From positions 73,719 to 137,718 of the IMG/VR virus record IMGVR_UViG_2757320370_000007: a stretch of 64,000 nucleotides of DNA. One strand, 5' to 3'. A model generated the notes under the pieces. It was not told the origin of the DNA. It did not search any database and was given only the letters and a program-made list of their open reading frames with translations. The translations under genes and the position numbers were made by a program. This document shows positions 9,248 to 19,316 of the stretch, piece after piece; the first letter of the stretch is position 1; each line of letters begins with the position of its first letter. The DNA comes from a virus.

Positions 9248-9369
9248 TTCTGCGATCTCCCGTTGTAATTATTTCCCTATGATTTTCATTATCGGTCTGA
9301 TATATTATAAAGACATAGTTGATTAACTCTCTGACACTCAGTTAGAGAGAATTTTTTATGTCTATAGAA

Positions 9370-9432
9370 TGGAACGATTATCGTTCCAGTTAAACATATT
9401 ATCAATATACTATTACAAGAACTTCAAGTCAA
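9370..9432 (-). promoter_or_regulatory. SigA promoter toward the repression module plus a perfect 19-bp palindromic operator
   Basis: TTGACT-17-TATATT (9432-9404); TGGAACGAT-T-ATCGTTCCA at 9370-9388. Confidence 0.7.
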
Positions 9433-9472
9433 TAGTCAATAGAGAATTGTTTACAATAAAGGGAGCAATAAT

Positions 9473-9682
9473 ATGCCTTGGGTTGAAATCACACTAGATA
9501 AAATACTAATCACAAAGAATATGACCAGGAGAGAGTTGTCTAGAAGAACAAAAATCAGACACTCGACAATTAATGAGTTATGCAATAATACCGCAAAACA
9601 AATACCATTGAAGAATATTACTTTAATATGTGATGAATTAGAAATTGAGGTCGGGGAATTATTTAAATTTCATAAAGGATAG
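9473..9682 (+). CDS. Cro/C1-type HTH regulator (YopO/YopS-like)
   Basis: LSRRTKIRHSTINELCNN...ICDELEIEVGELF XRE pattern; AAGGGAG RBS. Confidence 0.85.
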   Translation: MPWVEITLDKILITKNMTRRELSRRTKIRHSTINELCNNTAKQIPLKNITLICDELEIEVGELFKFHKG

Positions 9683-9687
9683 AAATT

Positions 9688-9735
9688 AAAAAAGAACGCT
9701 TCTCCATTTTTCTAACCCGGAGGAACGTCTTTTTA
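9688..9735. terminator. Bidirectional terminator between HTH gene and mazF
   Basis: Imperfect inverted repeat flanked by A- and T-tracts between convergent genes. Confidence 0.55.
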
Positions 9736-9738
9736 ATT

Positions 9739-10146
9739 TTATGTTCTCGAAAATGTTCTGGTGGTGCTAATTATTAATGCCCTTTCCAACTCTCGTTCAT
9801 ATCTTTTTGGCATGTCCGTTATTTTGTGTATTAACAAACTCTTGTCGATAGTAAAGTGTTGTTCAAACAACACCACACTGTCTTTGTGAAAACCAATTTC
9901 ATTTGCCTTCATATAAACGTGAGTGGGCAATTTTGCTTTTGTCATGCTGCTGGTGATTGGGCAAACCACCACGAAATTTGAGTGTAAATTGCTTCTATCG
10001 TTTGATATAACTATTGACGGTCTAACTCCTCTTTGTACTGATCCTTTTGATTCGCCTAAGTCTGCCAAAAAAATGTCAAATTGTTTAGTTACAATACTTT
10101 CTGCTCTTTCCATCACCATACTCATAATATCCACTCTCCGATTCAT
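9739..10146 (-). CDS. mazF: MazF/PemK endoribonuclease (EndoA/NdoA-like); alternative start 10125
   Basis: DIFLADL-GS.Q.GVRP-VISND-CPITS-KAKLPTHV-DSVVLFEQ-TIDK aligns with B. subtilis EndoA, including catalytic Arg and Thr. Confidence 0.92.
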   Translation of the reverse strand: MNRRVDIMSMVMERAESIVTKQFDIFLADLGESKGSVQRGVRPSIVISNDRSNLHSNFVVVCPITSSMTKAKLPTHVYMKANEIGFHKDSVVLFEQHFTIDKSLLIHKITDMPKRYERELERALIISTTRTFSRT

Positions 10147-10247
10147 TGATTTAATTTATTTATATTCTCTCTATTCGTTATGTACCTTCAATTCTATGTA
10201 CTTCTTCTTTAATATTCTATGTTTTAGTATTACTTATTTATATGTTT

Positions 10248-10276
10248 ATTATACATGTGCAATTAGATTATTGCAA
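10248..10276 (-). promoter_or_regulatory. SigA promoter of mazF
   Basis: TTGCAA-17-TATAAT. Confidence 0.75.
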
Positions 10277-10339
10277 CACTTATATTTACTATATACACTG
10301 ATTTGTCAATAGTATTTCTAAGGTACAAAACTTTCTCGT

Positions 10340-10386
10340 GGTTATTAGGAATAACCTATTGACAAAAAGGATATAAATGGTATTAA
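10340..10386 (+). promoter_or_regulatory. SigA-like promoter of rsfA-like gene with upstream palindrome
   Basis: GGTTATT-AGG-AATAACC at 10340-10356; TTGACA-16-TATTAA with extended TG. Confidence 0.6.
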
Positions 10387-10410
10387 ACCAAAAAGGAAGG
10401 GTTGTTTTAT

Positions 10411-10899
10411 GTGAAGAGAAAAGATCAATGGAGCCATAGCGATGATACCATACTCTCAAAAACTGTTCTAGAAAATATAAGCAACGGAAAAACACAGCTT
10501 CAAGCTTTTGACACAGTCTCAGAGACTCTGGGTAAGACTTCTGCGGCTTGCGGCTTTCGTTGGAACAGCGAAGTACGTAAAAGATTTGCGATCGAAATCA
10601 AGGAAGCGAAGGTAATTAGACAAAGTATTAAGAGTACGCCCACAAGAAACAATGTAAAATTTGATGATCGAATTTCATTGGATAAGGTTATATTATCTTT
10701 ACTTCGTATTAAACAAGAATATGAAGTGATGAAGCAGAATCTCGCAGAGAAGGATAAAATTATTTACGAATTCGAATCAGAAAAGAAGCTACTCGCACCT
10801 GATTTGAACGACGATATGAGACACTTTCTTCAAATCCTTAAAAGATCAAGTATTTTAGATAATTTAACAAATGTAAACCAAAAAGACCCTGCCAGTTAA
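10411..10899 (+). CDS. rsfA: RsfA/YlbO-family (Myb-like) sporulation transcription regulator
   Basis: RKDQWSHSDDTILSKTVL...TQLQAF...KTSAACGFRWNSEVR signature; likely GTG start 10411. Confidence 0.85.
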   Translation: MKRKDQWSHSDDTILSKTVLENISNGKTQLQAFDTVSETLGKTSAACGFRWNSEVRKRFAIEIKEAKVIRQSIKSTPTRNNVKFDDRISLDKVILSLLRIKQEYEVMKQNLAEKDKIIYEFESEKKLLAPDLNDDMRHFLQILKRSSILDNLTNVNQKDPAS

Positions 10900-10933
10900 T
10901 GTGGAGGGTTCTTTTTATGATGAAGTTCGTCTT

Positions 10934-11314
10934 TTATGTTGTTTTATCATTAATTAAGTTAGCTAAAATCTTTTTGATGAAATCTGCTGTCAAAGTTTCA
11001 TTATTTGTTTCGTTCGAATTGTTTATTAGTCCTTCAGAATTGAATTCTGGAAAACCAACCATTTCAGAAATCAGGCTGCTTTCAAATAATCCTCTGGGTA
11101 TATTTTTGCTCACTACAGAATCTATAATTCGATTAAGTTCATAATCATCTAGTATTGAATTTATTGAATCTTCCGTTATAAATAGAAAATGAAGATAAGC
11201 TAAAATTTCTTTAGATAGTTGCGTCATGTAAGACGACAATTCGCGTGACTTATAGCCAGTTGGCCCCTTATGCACTATAAAATTCCCTGAGAATACTGGA
11301 CGCATCAAAGCCAC
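10934..11314 (-). CDS. Hypothetical protein
   Basis: ORF track; AGGAG RBS. Confidence 0.55.
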   Translation of the reverse strand: MALMRPVFSGNFIVHKGPTGYKSRELSSYMTQLSKEILAYLHFLFITEDSINSILDDYELNRIIDSVVSKNIPRGLFESSLISEMVGFPEFNSEGLINNSNETNNETLTADFIKKILANLINDKTT

Positions 11315-11432
11315 TCCTTATATATAGATTTATATAATTTGATTAATTAAATGTAACACAAATCATATGAAAAAAACCAACCTAAATATTTGATTGGTTT
11401 ATGAAATCTACATTTCAATAAAATTTAAGGAA

Positions 11433-11669
11433 TTATTCCGAATAATATCTTTCTTCTCTTTGTCTCAAGTATTCTTCGTGCTCTTGTTCCTGTTCTCTTT
11501 TCCTGTCCTCGTCATCTATCTCCTGTCTTATTCTCTCGTCTTCCTCCTCATCTTCTTCTCTTTTTCTTTCTTCCTCTTCGCGCGCGTCTTCCTCCCACTG
11601 TCTCTTTTCTTCATCTTCTTGCTCTTGGTGTTCTACCATCTCTTCAAACCAATCCTTTTCACCGTTCAT
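11433..11669 (-). CDS. Extremely acidic E/R-rich small protein
   Basis: 38 of 78 residues are Asp/Glu; co-oriented with neighbours. Confidence 0.6.
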   Translation of the reverse strand: MNGEKDWFEEMVEHQEQEDEEKRQWEEDAREEEERKREEDEEEDERIRQEIDDEDRKREQEQEHEEYLRQREERYYSE

Positions 11670-11760
11670 ACAACATCACGTCTTTTCTCATTATTTTATT
11701 TCATAAATATCATTTATCTTTGTTTTCGATCATATTCACTCTGTAGATCTCCCCAAAAAA

Positions 11761-14700
11761 TCAAAATGCTTGTTTATGAAACTTTATGTACAAAATATTA
11801 TCTTTAATTATGGCAGAAGTATACCCTTTATTATCCTTAGAGTCTTGGTACTTCACTATCTCCTGGGCCATCTCCGTTGTCATCTCGCCTTTATAAATAT
11901 GGAATGTCTACAATTGATCTAATCGGGATCTCGCAGCTTTTACAATTGATATCAACGCGCTCTAAGATAGTCTTAACTGGATCACTTAGATACTGCCAAT
12001 CATTCTCTATCTTTTTCACCGATTAATCTCCTTTTCCTCAATTACTGATTTCAATATGTGAATATTCTCAATCGTTTCGTCAATGTCGCTTTGTTTAGAG
12101 GGATAACTTTCAGATATGTAGTAAGCCCCAAGATCTTTTGTGTGAATGTTTACCATCTTATTCAGCCCATGCTGCGAGATTTTTCTTAAATCATTCTTGT
12201 GATAAATCCCCACATTCGTCCCTCCATTCTCCCTATAAAACTTGCATTTAAAACTTGCATTTCCTCTTCTTATATGTATCCAGAATTTAACTTCTTTTAA
12301 GAATATTCCCAACAACTTTTAAGTTTTCATCTTGCACAAGATAGGTCACTAATTCGCACCAAACATCTCTCCGTTCACCAACCTCAACTCCATATGTGTT
12401 ATTAACCTCATCCCACAGAACAACCGCTTCTACCCTGCTATCGCCCCTTAGAACGTCTCCTAGCCTAATATAGTCGCTATTAAGTACAACACCTGTATTA
12501 TGCTCCACTTTTCATCTCCCTCACGCTATTTAGATAAAAGATGCCATTTATTTTCTATACTATCTCATTATGTCAACGTTTTTGCATATTCCTCCACAAC
12601 ATTTCTATCCCTATTCTCGCAGAGCCAAATACCGCTATCTTTTTTATCTGTTATGTAATAAACATCGCCAAGTGTCCAATGTAGAATTTGATATCCATTG
12701 ACAATACTCACATTACTATGCATTTTTCAACTCCAGCCTCTCATACACTATTCAATAGCCTTTATCGAAATCAGGCATATTGTCATACGTCCTGTCTAAC
12801 TCTTTTTTCAAAAACTCCAAACCCTCCGTTGTCAAATATCCAACCAACTGAGGCGTTAAGTCACATAAGAATTGATTGCATTCGTTATATCCCGCAATAC
12901 CGCCCTCTGAATAGCTGCGATTTAGTCGCATAACACAATGATCCTGTAACTTTTGTTTCTTGGTTTTCTTCACTTTGCAAACCCTCTTTCATATGCCATA
13001 TCCGTCTGCTTCGCTTTCCACTTCGTACTGTGTATTAGCCTACTACTAATCAATTGGTGAGGTTAACATAGTAAGCAACTGCATCTCCGTCACTATCAAC
13101 AAACTCCACCTTAGCCGAATCAGCGTCAACAGATTCCCCGCCATTCCAAAAAGCATCAGTTAAGCAGTTTGCTGCGGCGAACTTCTCTATTGCTTCCTCC
13201 ATAGATTCAGCGAAGGCCGTACCAGCAAATAAGCTGTTCTCAAAATGTGTAAATCTATACCTTTTCATGAATTATCCCTCCAAATTAAATAAGTAACGTC
13301 TAACATTTTGGTGCGCCGTATGCGTCTACTGCGTTTTTAATAAAACCATTCCTTTTACAGTGTTATTTGATGCCGTTTTCCAATTCTAAAGAATCCAAAA
13401 TAGCATTCATCAATCTAACTTGACTCACTGGGTGATCCCATGTTTGACCTACTCTTTTACCTTCTGAATCCCTATATTCCATTTTTAGATACCTCGTATC
13501 TTCAACAGTATCCTCCTTTGCCCAAATTTCAAGCCCATTTTCTGTTTCTCCTGTATGCAACCATCCGTTTACTTTTTTCATTATTAATCACCTTCCACAT
13601 TCTGATTCACAATCCATAATCCCTGAACATCTTCAGCAATCACTTTTAACTGCTCCAGAGCTGCGCACATGGCTCCCCAACGTGTCACCGCCTCTTCCTC
13701 TATGGTTCCGCTTTCTCCGCTTGTGGTACGATATTCTAACGTGTGTTTGACCATTTCCACTCATCCCTCTCTTCTTGATTCGGTATAATTTTGCCTAATA
13801 GCATCTTGAATTATTTGCTCTATATCATCTGAAGTGCCTTCACTATTAGACAGTTTATCAGCGACAAGAAGAAAGTGTTCCTCTTGTATATTAAAGCCGT
13901 TGTCTTCAAACCATTTAATAACTTCTTGTTCAATTCGATTGGCTCGATTTCTTAATTCCATAATTTCATCGATCTTAGCCCTTTGAAGATCTGGTAATTT
14001 GAATATATTCTTCACTTCATCTTCAATTGGTTTTAAATCATTTATATTGACCTTTCCATTACGCCTAGTGTCTACGAATAGAACCCCTGCCTTCGAGTGG
14101 AGAGATGAGTTCTAATAAGATACATCTTCTCCCATTATTTCTCGTGTTATTGGGACTGTCTATTACATAGGTGTATCCCACTTTAATATCTGTTTGCTCT
14201 ATATTAATCACCCCACATAATCAAATAGCCATTTCATAGTTAACTTAAAGTTTATTTGAGTAATTTCTCGGCAATGAAACTTGCAGTAATCAAAATCTCT
14301 TGTCTCAGTTCTTCATATATCCTCGCATGACGCTTTAGCGCAACTTCATCATCAAAATCGCAATTTTTCATGTATTCGTTAGCACCGTAATCTCTAAATA
14401 CCAATTTATCGTTTTGATATTTATTTAAGAGTTCTAATAAAGTCATATCATTCATTTCTTTTTCTATAGACAAGGACAGCCACCTCATTTAAAGTTGTTG
14501 ATGATCAAACAGTCATTTGACTGAGAAACCAGCCTTAATTATTGCTCGACGATGTTTCTCAGGTCTCTTGCCATCATCATCAATATTCGCTTTAATTCTT
14601 CCTCGTCTTTTGTTGACTGCTCTGTTAGAATTCTTGTGAATTCAGCAACCTTAACCTCTATTTCTACTTTTTTGAGTATTTCCTTCTCGCGCAACAATTC

Positions 14701-15604
14701 GTCAATATGATATTCAATTTGGCTCATACTTTTCATTTTATAATCCTCCGATTTTTTATATTATGTATTTCGCCAACCTCATGAAATAAACCTTTCGTCA
14801 CCTCTATGCTAACTATATTATACCAAATGCAAGTATCAACTGTTATATTCAACAAAGAGACATGCAAGTCCTACATCTATTTCTCCCAGATTTTATCCCT
14901 CTGCTTTCGAAAGAGATAAATCAGAAATCATCATATCAATAATTGAATCAAATGTTATTGTGGGTCTTCTCAACGTAAAGAAACTTTTCATGAGGTCATA
15001 CGGACTTTCAACGTAACCCTTTTCTTGCAATTGAATAAACACCTTCAGAACAAAATCATATATATGATAAGACTCTGTAGATTCTAAAGGAATTTGGAAA
15101 TTCCAGGCTGTAATAATTCTTAATGCTTCCATTAAATTTTTATTTCTATAATGTCCCTTCGTATATAAAATAAGTTTTTTCTCGCCGTAATTTAACTCAA
15201 TCATATTATCGATTCCTTTAAGTTGTTTTGAATGCTATCTATGCTCAAATATACACTCACATATTTCTTGTTATTACTTGGGTACTGTTTGGACTTACTC
15301 AAGATCAAATGTGGAATACTTTTTAGAAATTCATCAATTTCCTCTGGAAATCCCTCAATGCGTAGTTTAAGCATCAGTGTCTCACCTCTTGGAATTAATC
15401 TTTCAGGGAAAAATGTTCCCATCCTAAATCTTCATCTAGACCTCTAAAATATGTTTCTGTTTTTTCTCCGTCAACCCAAACATCAACATTAAAAGAATCA
15501 AAATTTTGATGTGGTTCGATTTTCATCGCCTTGTCTCTATCTTTACCAGCATACACAATATCTGCTCCGTTGCTAAAGTATCCGATTGTTATATAGGTTT
15601 TCAT
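11761..15604 (-). CDS. Array of about 17 small co-oriented early hypothetical genes (e.g. 12016-12315, 12752-12973, 13050-13268, 13363-13581, 13761-14015, 14252-14488, 14539-14736, 14893-15204, 15201-15422, 15395-15604, plus several 40-60 aa ORFs below the track cutoff)
   Basis: Tightly packed ORFs, most with GGAGG-type RBS. Confidence 0.7.
12287..12508 (-). CDS. YopX-family protein (short)
   Basis: GDVL...VLWD...LKVVGNIL C-terminal YopX pattern. Confidence 0.65.
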   Translation of the reverse strand: MEHNTGVVLNSDYIRLGDVLRGDSRVEAVVLWDEVNNTYGVEVGERRDVWCELVTYLVQDENLKVVGNILKRS

Positions 15605-15897
15605 TGTTGGACTCCCCTTCTAATCAAATCAGACTTTCGTCTGGGTACTTCGTTAGCTGCTACATATGCTAACGCCTCTCTTACTTCCTCTTCAGTTAGA
15701 TCAAAGTCACTTACAATCTCAGCAACAGTTCCATAACACACGATGTTTCTCGGCATAATTCTAGTACCTATAATGGTTGGTAATCCCCAACATACTCCAT
15801 CTTTTACTCCAATATATTTATAGCCCTCTAGTGGTGTCCATGTATTAAAAAACTCACTGTACTCGCTTATTTCATTTATGTTCATAAATTCCTCCAC
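15601..15897 (-). CDS. DUF433-domain protein
   Basis: GLPTIIGTRI...EIVSDFDLTEEEVREALAY. Confidence 0.75.
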   Translation of the reverse strand: MEEFMNINEISEYSEFFNTWTPLEGYKYIGVKDGVCWGLPTIIGTRIMPRNIVCYGTVAEIVSDFDLTEEEVREALAYVAANEVPRRKSDLIRRGVQQ

Positions 15898-15996
15898 TTA
15901 AAATCATTCTTTTATTCTTAAGTCTAGATTCATATACTTTTGTCTATTCACATGTTAATATTATCCTGTTTTCATATAAAAACTAGGAGGAAGACT

Positions 15997-17238
15997 ATGT
16001 TTAAGAAATTCAAGCTATTTATATGTTTAACCATCTTTTTGTCTATTCTATTTCCTATGTTGCTCATCTCTCCAAACAATGCACAAGCTAAATACGTAAA
16101 AGGATATTATCGGAGCAATGGAACTTATGTAAATGGTTATTATCGAAGTGACACTAACAGTAGCTACACGCCTTCAAATAACTATTATCGAAGTGACACC
16201 AACAGCAGCTATACGCCTTCTTATGAACAATCCACACAAAGATCTACTTCAAACTATACAGTTAATCTTTATAAGGGAAATTCTTATTATAAAACTGTTC
16301 CATCAAGTAATTTGGTCTATATAAAGGGATATTATCGAACAGATGGTACATTTGTGCGACCACATTTTAGGACTCATCCAAATGACTTTTTAACAGATAA
16401 TTTCAGCTATTTGGGATTATCAACTCTAAAGCCACTTCAAAGTTATTCAAACTTTCAATATAGTGACAATCCGAAAATCGCAGTGATTGAAAATTATTTA
16501 GCATATGAAGTCTACGAAAAAAGTCTTAGTATTGAGCAGCTTAATGATTTAAAGAATTATGCTAATTTAATTTATAATGAGAATTCTGGAAATTCAAATA
16601 TTCTAAACACTCTAGACTGTGGTATGAAATATTACTCGTCATTAGGAATTTCTAATGAAATAGGTTTAGAATTATCAAAATTTGATATTAATGGTAAGTT
16701 AACACCTTCCGCTTATTTAAGCCAAATTCTTTATCAGAACAATATTTATTCCTTTGGTGAAGAGGATTTTTACTTTTTTAAGGCATATGCATTTTCATTG
16801 GCTGGCAGCAAAGACATCCTTTATGGAAAATACTATTCAGATCGTGCAAAGGAGATAGGAAAATATCTTTATCAAAGAGTTGGATTGAGTGATCCAACAT
16901 TACAGATCGAAATGGATTTAATGCAAAATTTTGAGTATAGTGGTGAAGAGTTTCAAGATATTGTTGAGGATCTAAATCAGAATTATTTGCATAAATATTC
17001 TGAAAACCCTCCTACTGATGTTAACTATTATCTAGACCAAGTACTTACAAACAATTCTAAAACTAAGATGACAAAAACAGAATATTCACAATATGAAGCG
17101 TCGCTTCGCATTTTGTCCTATAATAAATCTCTTAATAGTTATTTGGTTAAAAATGGTAACATATTGTATAATAAGGCTGGTTTAAGTACCGATCAGACGA
17201 TAAATCAAATTTCCAAAGATATAATTATTTTCTTTTAA
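15997..17238 (+). CDS. Secreted/exported protein (moron) with repeated V.GYYR.DGT.V motif
   Basis: Signal peptide ending AQA-K; YVKGYYRSNGTYV and YIKGYYRTDGTFVRPHFRTHPN; GGAGG RBS before ATG 15997; opposite strand to neighbours. Confidence 0.75.
   Translation: MFKKFKLFICLTIFLSILFPMLLISPNNAQAKYVKGYYRSNGTYVNGYYRSDTNSSYTPSNNYYRSDTNSSYTPSYEQSTQRSTSNYTVNLYKGNSYYKTVPSSNLVYIKGYYRTDGTFVRPHFRTHPNDFLTDNFSYLGLSTLKPLQSYSNFQYSDNPKIAVIENYLAYEVYEKSLSIEQLNDLKNYANLIYNENSGNSNILNTLDCGMKYYSSLGISNEIGLELSKFDINGKLTPSAYLSQILYQNNIYSFGEEDFYFFKAYAFSLAGSKDILYGKYYSDRAKEIGKYLYQRVGLSDPTLQIEMDLMQNFEYSGEEFQDIVEDLNQNYLHKYSENPPTDVNYYLDQVLTNNSKTKMTKTEYSQYEASLRILSYNKSLNSYLVKNGNILYNKAGLSTDQTINQISKDIIIFF
16138..16220 (+). repeat. 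In-frame 38-bp direct repeat with 45-bp period (YYRSDTNSSYTPS x2)
   Basis: 16138-16175 and 16183-16220 differ only at synonymous positions. Confidence 0.9.
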
Positions 17239-17246
17239 ATTACTTC

Positions 17247-17271
17247 AGGTCATCAAATGATGGCCTTTTTT
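17247..17271 (+). terminator. Intrinsic terminator of the moron
   Basis: AGGTCATC-AAAT-GATGGCCT followed by T-tract. Confidence 0.8.
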
Positions 17272-17307
17272 ATTTTATCTTTCACCGCTCTCAGTCAAAT
17301 AACTGTT

Positions 17308-17502
17308 TCATCTGGTTGTAACAATTTTATTGTCGCACTTTAAACACTCAACGCTGCTAATTACATAATCTCCACAATCAAGATCAACATCGCCTTCAGT
17401 GTGCAAGTAATTGTATTTACTGTCCGTAATCACTTTGCTCTTTGCTCCACATTTGGTGCAGATAACTTCAAACATATCGTACCTCCTTATAAAATCCTGC
17501 AT
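17308..17502 (-). CDS. Small Zn-ribbon protein
   Basis: CTKC...CLKC. Confidence 0.6.
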   Translation of the reverse strand: MQDFIRRYDMFEVICTKCGAKSKVITDSKYNYLHTEGDVDLDCGDYVISSVECLKCDNKIVTTR

Positions 17503-17511
17503 TCGTGATAA

Positions 17512-18150
17512 TTAAACTGTTAACAATGAGGCCAGTGCCTTTGATATTTGACGCTTGCTATCTTGAACTCTTTTCAATTCATTAAAGTTTGAACTTATAT
17601 CTGCCTCTAAATGTTTAACCTTATCAATTGATTCGTCTCTCAGTTGTTTAGATTTTGTTTTATGTGCCAAAAGGTTCAATTCTGCTATCTCTAGTTGCTT
17701 CATAAACTTAAAATCTAGAAACTCCTTAGACATTCTTTTTTCAAGTCGATCATGTTTTTTGAATTCTGTTTGATAGAGCTTTATCAATTTATCTTGTAGA
17801 GGTATGTCTTTTACTTTACTAAATATATGACTATCACTATCTGAAACAACGTCGTTTTTGTCATAAACAATAAATGATTTCTCTTTTGAATCCATGATTG
17901 TTCTAATAGTTGAAAAATCAATACTTAGATAGATTTGAATTTTATTAGGTGCAACAAACATTTGAGCTTTATTCCCCTTATCACAAGTAGTCTCGCCTAT
18001 GTATTTAGCATTTCCAAGTAAAGATTTACAAAAATTTAAAGCATCCTGCTTGTTTTCTCTATGATATCTTTGTATGACTCTTTTAACAGCATGATCCTCT
18101 ATGCCTATTTTTTTAATATTAAGAACAGGACATTCCTTTGTAGCACTCAT
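17512..18150 (-). CDS. Hypothetical protein: possible BECR/RelE-like N-terminus plus coiled coil
   Basis: IEDHAVKRVIQR motif; helical C-terminal half. Confidence 0.45.
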   Translation of the reverse strand: MSATKECPVLNIKKIGIEDHAVKRVIQRYHRENKQDALNFCKSLLGNAKYIGETTCDKGNKAQMFVAPNKIQIYLSIDFSTIRTIMDSKEKSFIVYDKNDVVSDSDSHIFSKVKDIPLQDKLIKLYQTEFKKHDRLEKRMSKEFLDFKFMKQLEIAELNLLAHKTKSKQLRDESIDKVKHLEADISSNFNELKRVQDSKRQISKALASLLTV

Positions 18151-18522
18151 AACGAATCACTCCTTATATTTTAGTTTGTCTTTATTCAAATATCTGGTAA
18201 GCCTCCATCAATTCATCAAGTGTATATTCCTTCATCATCGCTTTAGCATTTCTCCATCATGTTCAAGCGTGTTGTAAATTTGTTCTTCAACGATCAATTT
18301 TCTTGCCTTAGTCATTGTTCTGATGCCTCCTAGATATATATTTGATTTATCATTTCTATCCTGAGTTAATCCTATCACAAGATACAATTAGTGTGCATAT
18401 GTTTAGTATATAAATCTAAAATAAACTATTGACTCCTTTGACAACCACATATCCCCAAAGAATTACAACCACTGCAATAATAGGCCAGTCCCGTTTTACA
18501 ACACTGATTACATTTGACATGT

Positions 18523-18765
18523 CTATTCCTCCCCTTCATCTTTACTTGCGCCACCATCAATCATATTTGTTGCCGCCTCAGTTCCTTTATGTCGCATTCT
18601 CTGATGAATAGAGTATATATTTATATCTTTATCATACTGACACTTGTAGCAAGCGACAGGAAGCCCATGAGAGACACAATAGTTGTAAGCTGCTTCAGTT
18701 ACGGGTTTATCGCAAAAGGAACATGAATGATTTTCCATATGCACTCTCCCTACTTGATATTTCAA
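18523..18765 (-). CDS. Small Zn-finger protein
   Basis: CSFC...C...CYKCQ. Confidence 0.55.
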   Translation of the reverse strand: MKYQVGRVHMENHSCSFCDKPVTEAAYNYCVSHGLPVACYKCQYDKDINIYSIHQRMRHKGTEAATNMIDGGASKDEGEE

Positions 18766-18852
18766 TTAATATGTATATTCATCAAATAGGTAAAAATAAG
18801 AGCGATCATTTGAATAATTGCTTCGGTTTGGTGTTGTTATAAAATTGACATT

Positions 18853-19263
18853 TTACGATGATAAATAATCTAGAATCATCTTAAAGCATTGTTCTTCTTG
18901 TATATCTAATTGTTTATTTTGGGATTTTTTCATTATCATTTCAGTGAATATTTCCGCAAATTGTTCTTTATGGTTTATAAATTCTCTAATCTCATAGGCA
19001 TGGAAACCTAAAGCCTCACCATTGAATAATTGATAATGAATAGCATGACCAATTTTATGAATTGCTGTTTCAAGTATTGATCGGGAATGAAGATAGACAA
19101 TACCATTATCATATGCCCCATCAGCTATTTCATTTATTGAATATGGTAAATGATCTTTGACAACATATCGTACATTGTCTAATAATGATGGAAAGATGTC
19201 GGCTATCCTTTTTCTTGCTACATTATCCAGTATTCCAACGGTAGTAAGAGAAAATAAGTTCAT
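18853..19263 (-). CDS. Zincin-like protein with degenerate HExxH (HKIGH)
   Basis: TAIHKIGHAIH...EQFAEIF. Confidence 0.55.
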   Translation of the reverse strand: MNLFSLTTVGILDNVARKRIADIFPSLLDNVRYVVKDHLPYSINEIADGAYDNGIVYLHSRSILETAIHKIGHAIHYQLFNGEALGFHAYEIREFINHKEQFAEIFTEMIMKKSQNKQLDIQEEQCFKMILDYLSS

Positions 19264-19316
19264 ATTCTACTTTCATCCCCTCTCTTGGTTCATTAAATTA
19301 AAATCCTACTAAACCA

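Noticed and set aside
9370-9388. GAAC...GTTC palindrome as a LexA box
   Set aside because: Spacer is 7 nt, not the 4 nt of the Cheo box; kept as a phage operator instead
11394-11807. Very hydrophobic 137-aa plus-strand ORF
   Set aside because: Antisense artefact of the GAA/GAG-rich acidic gene
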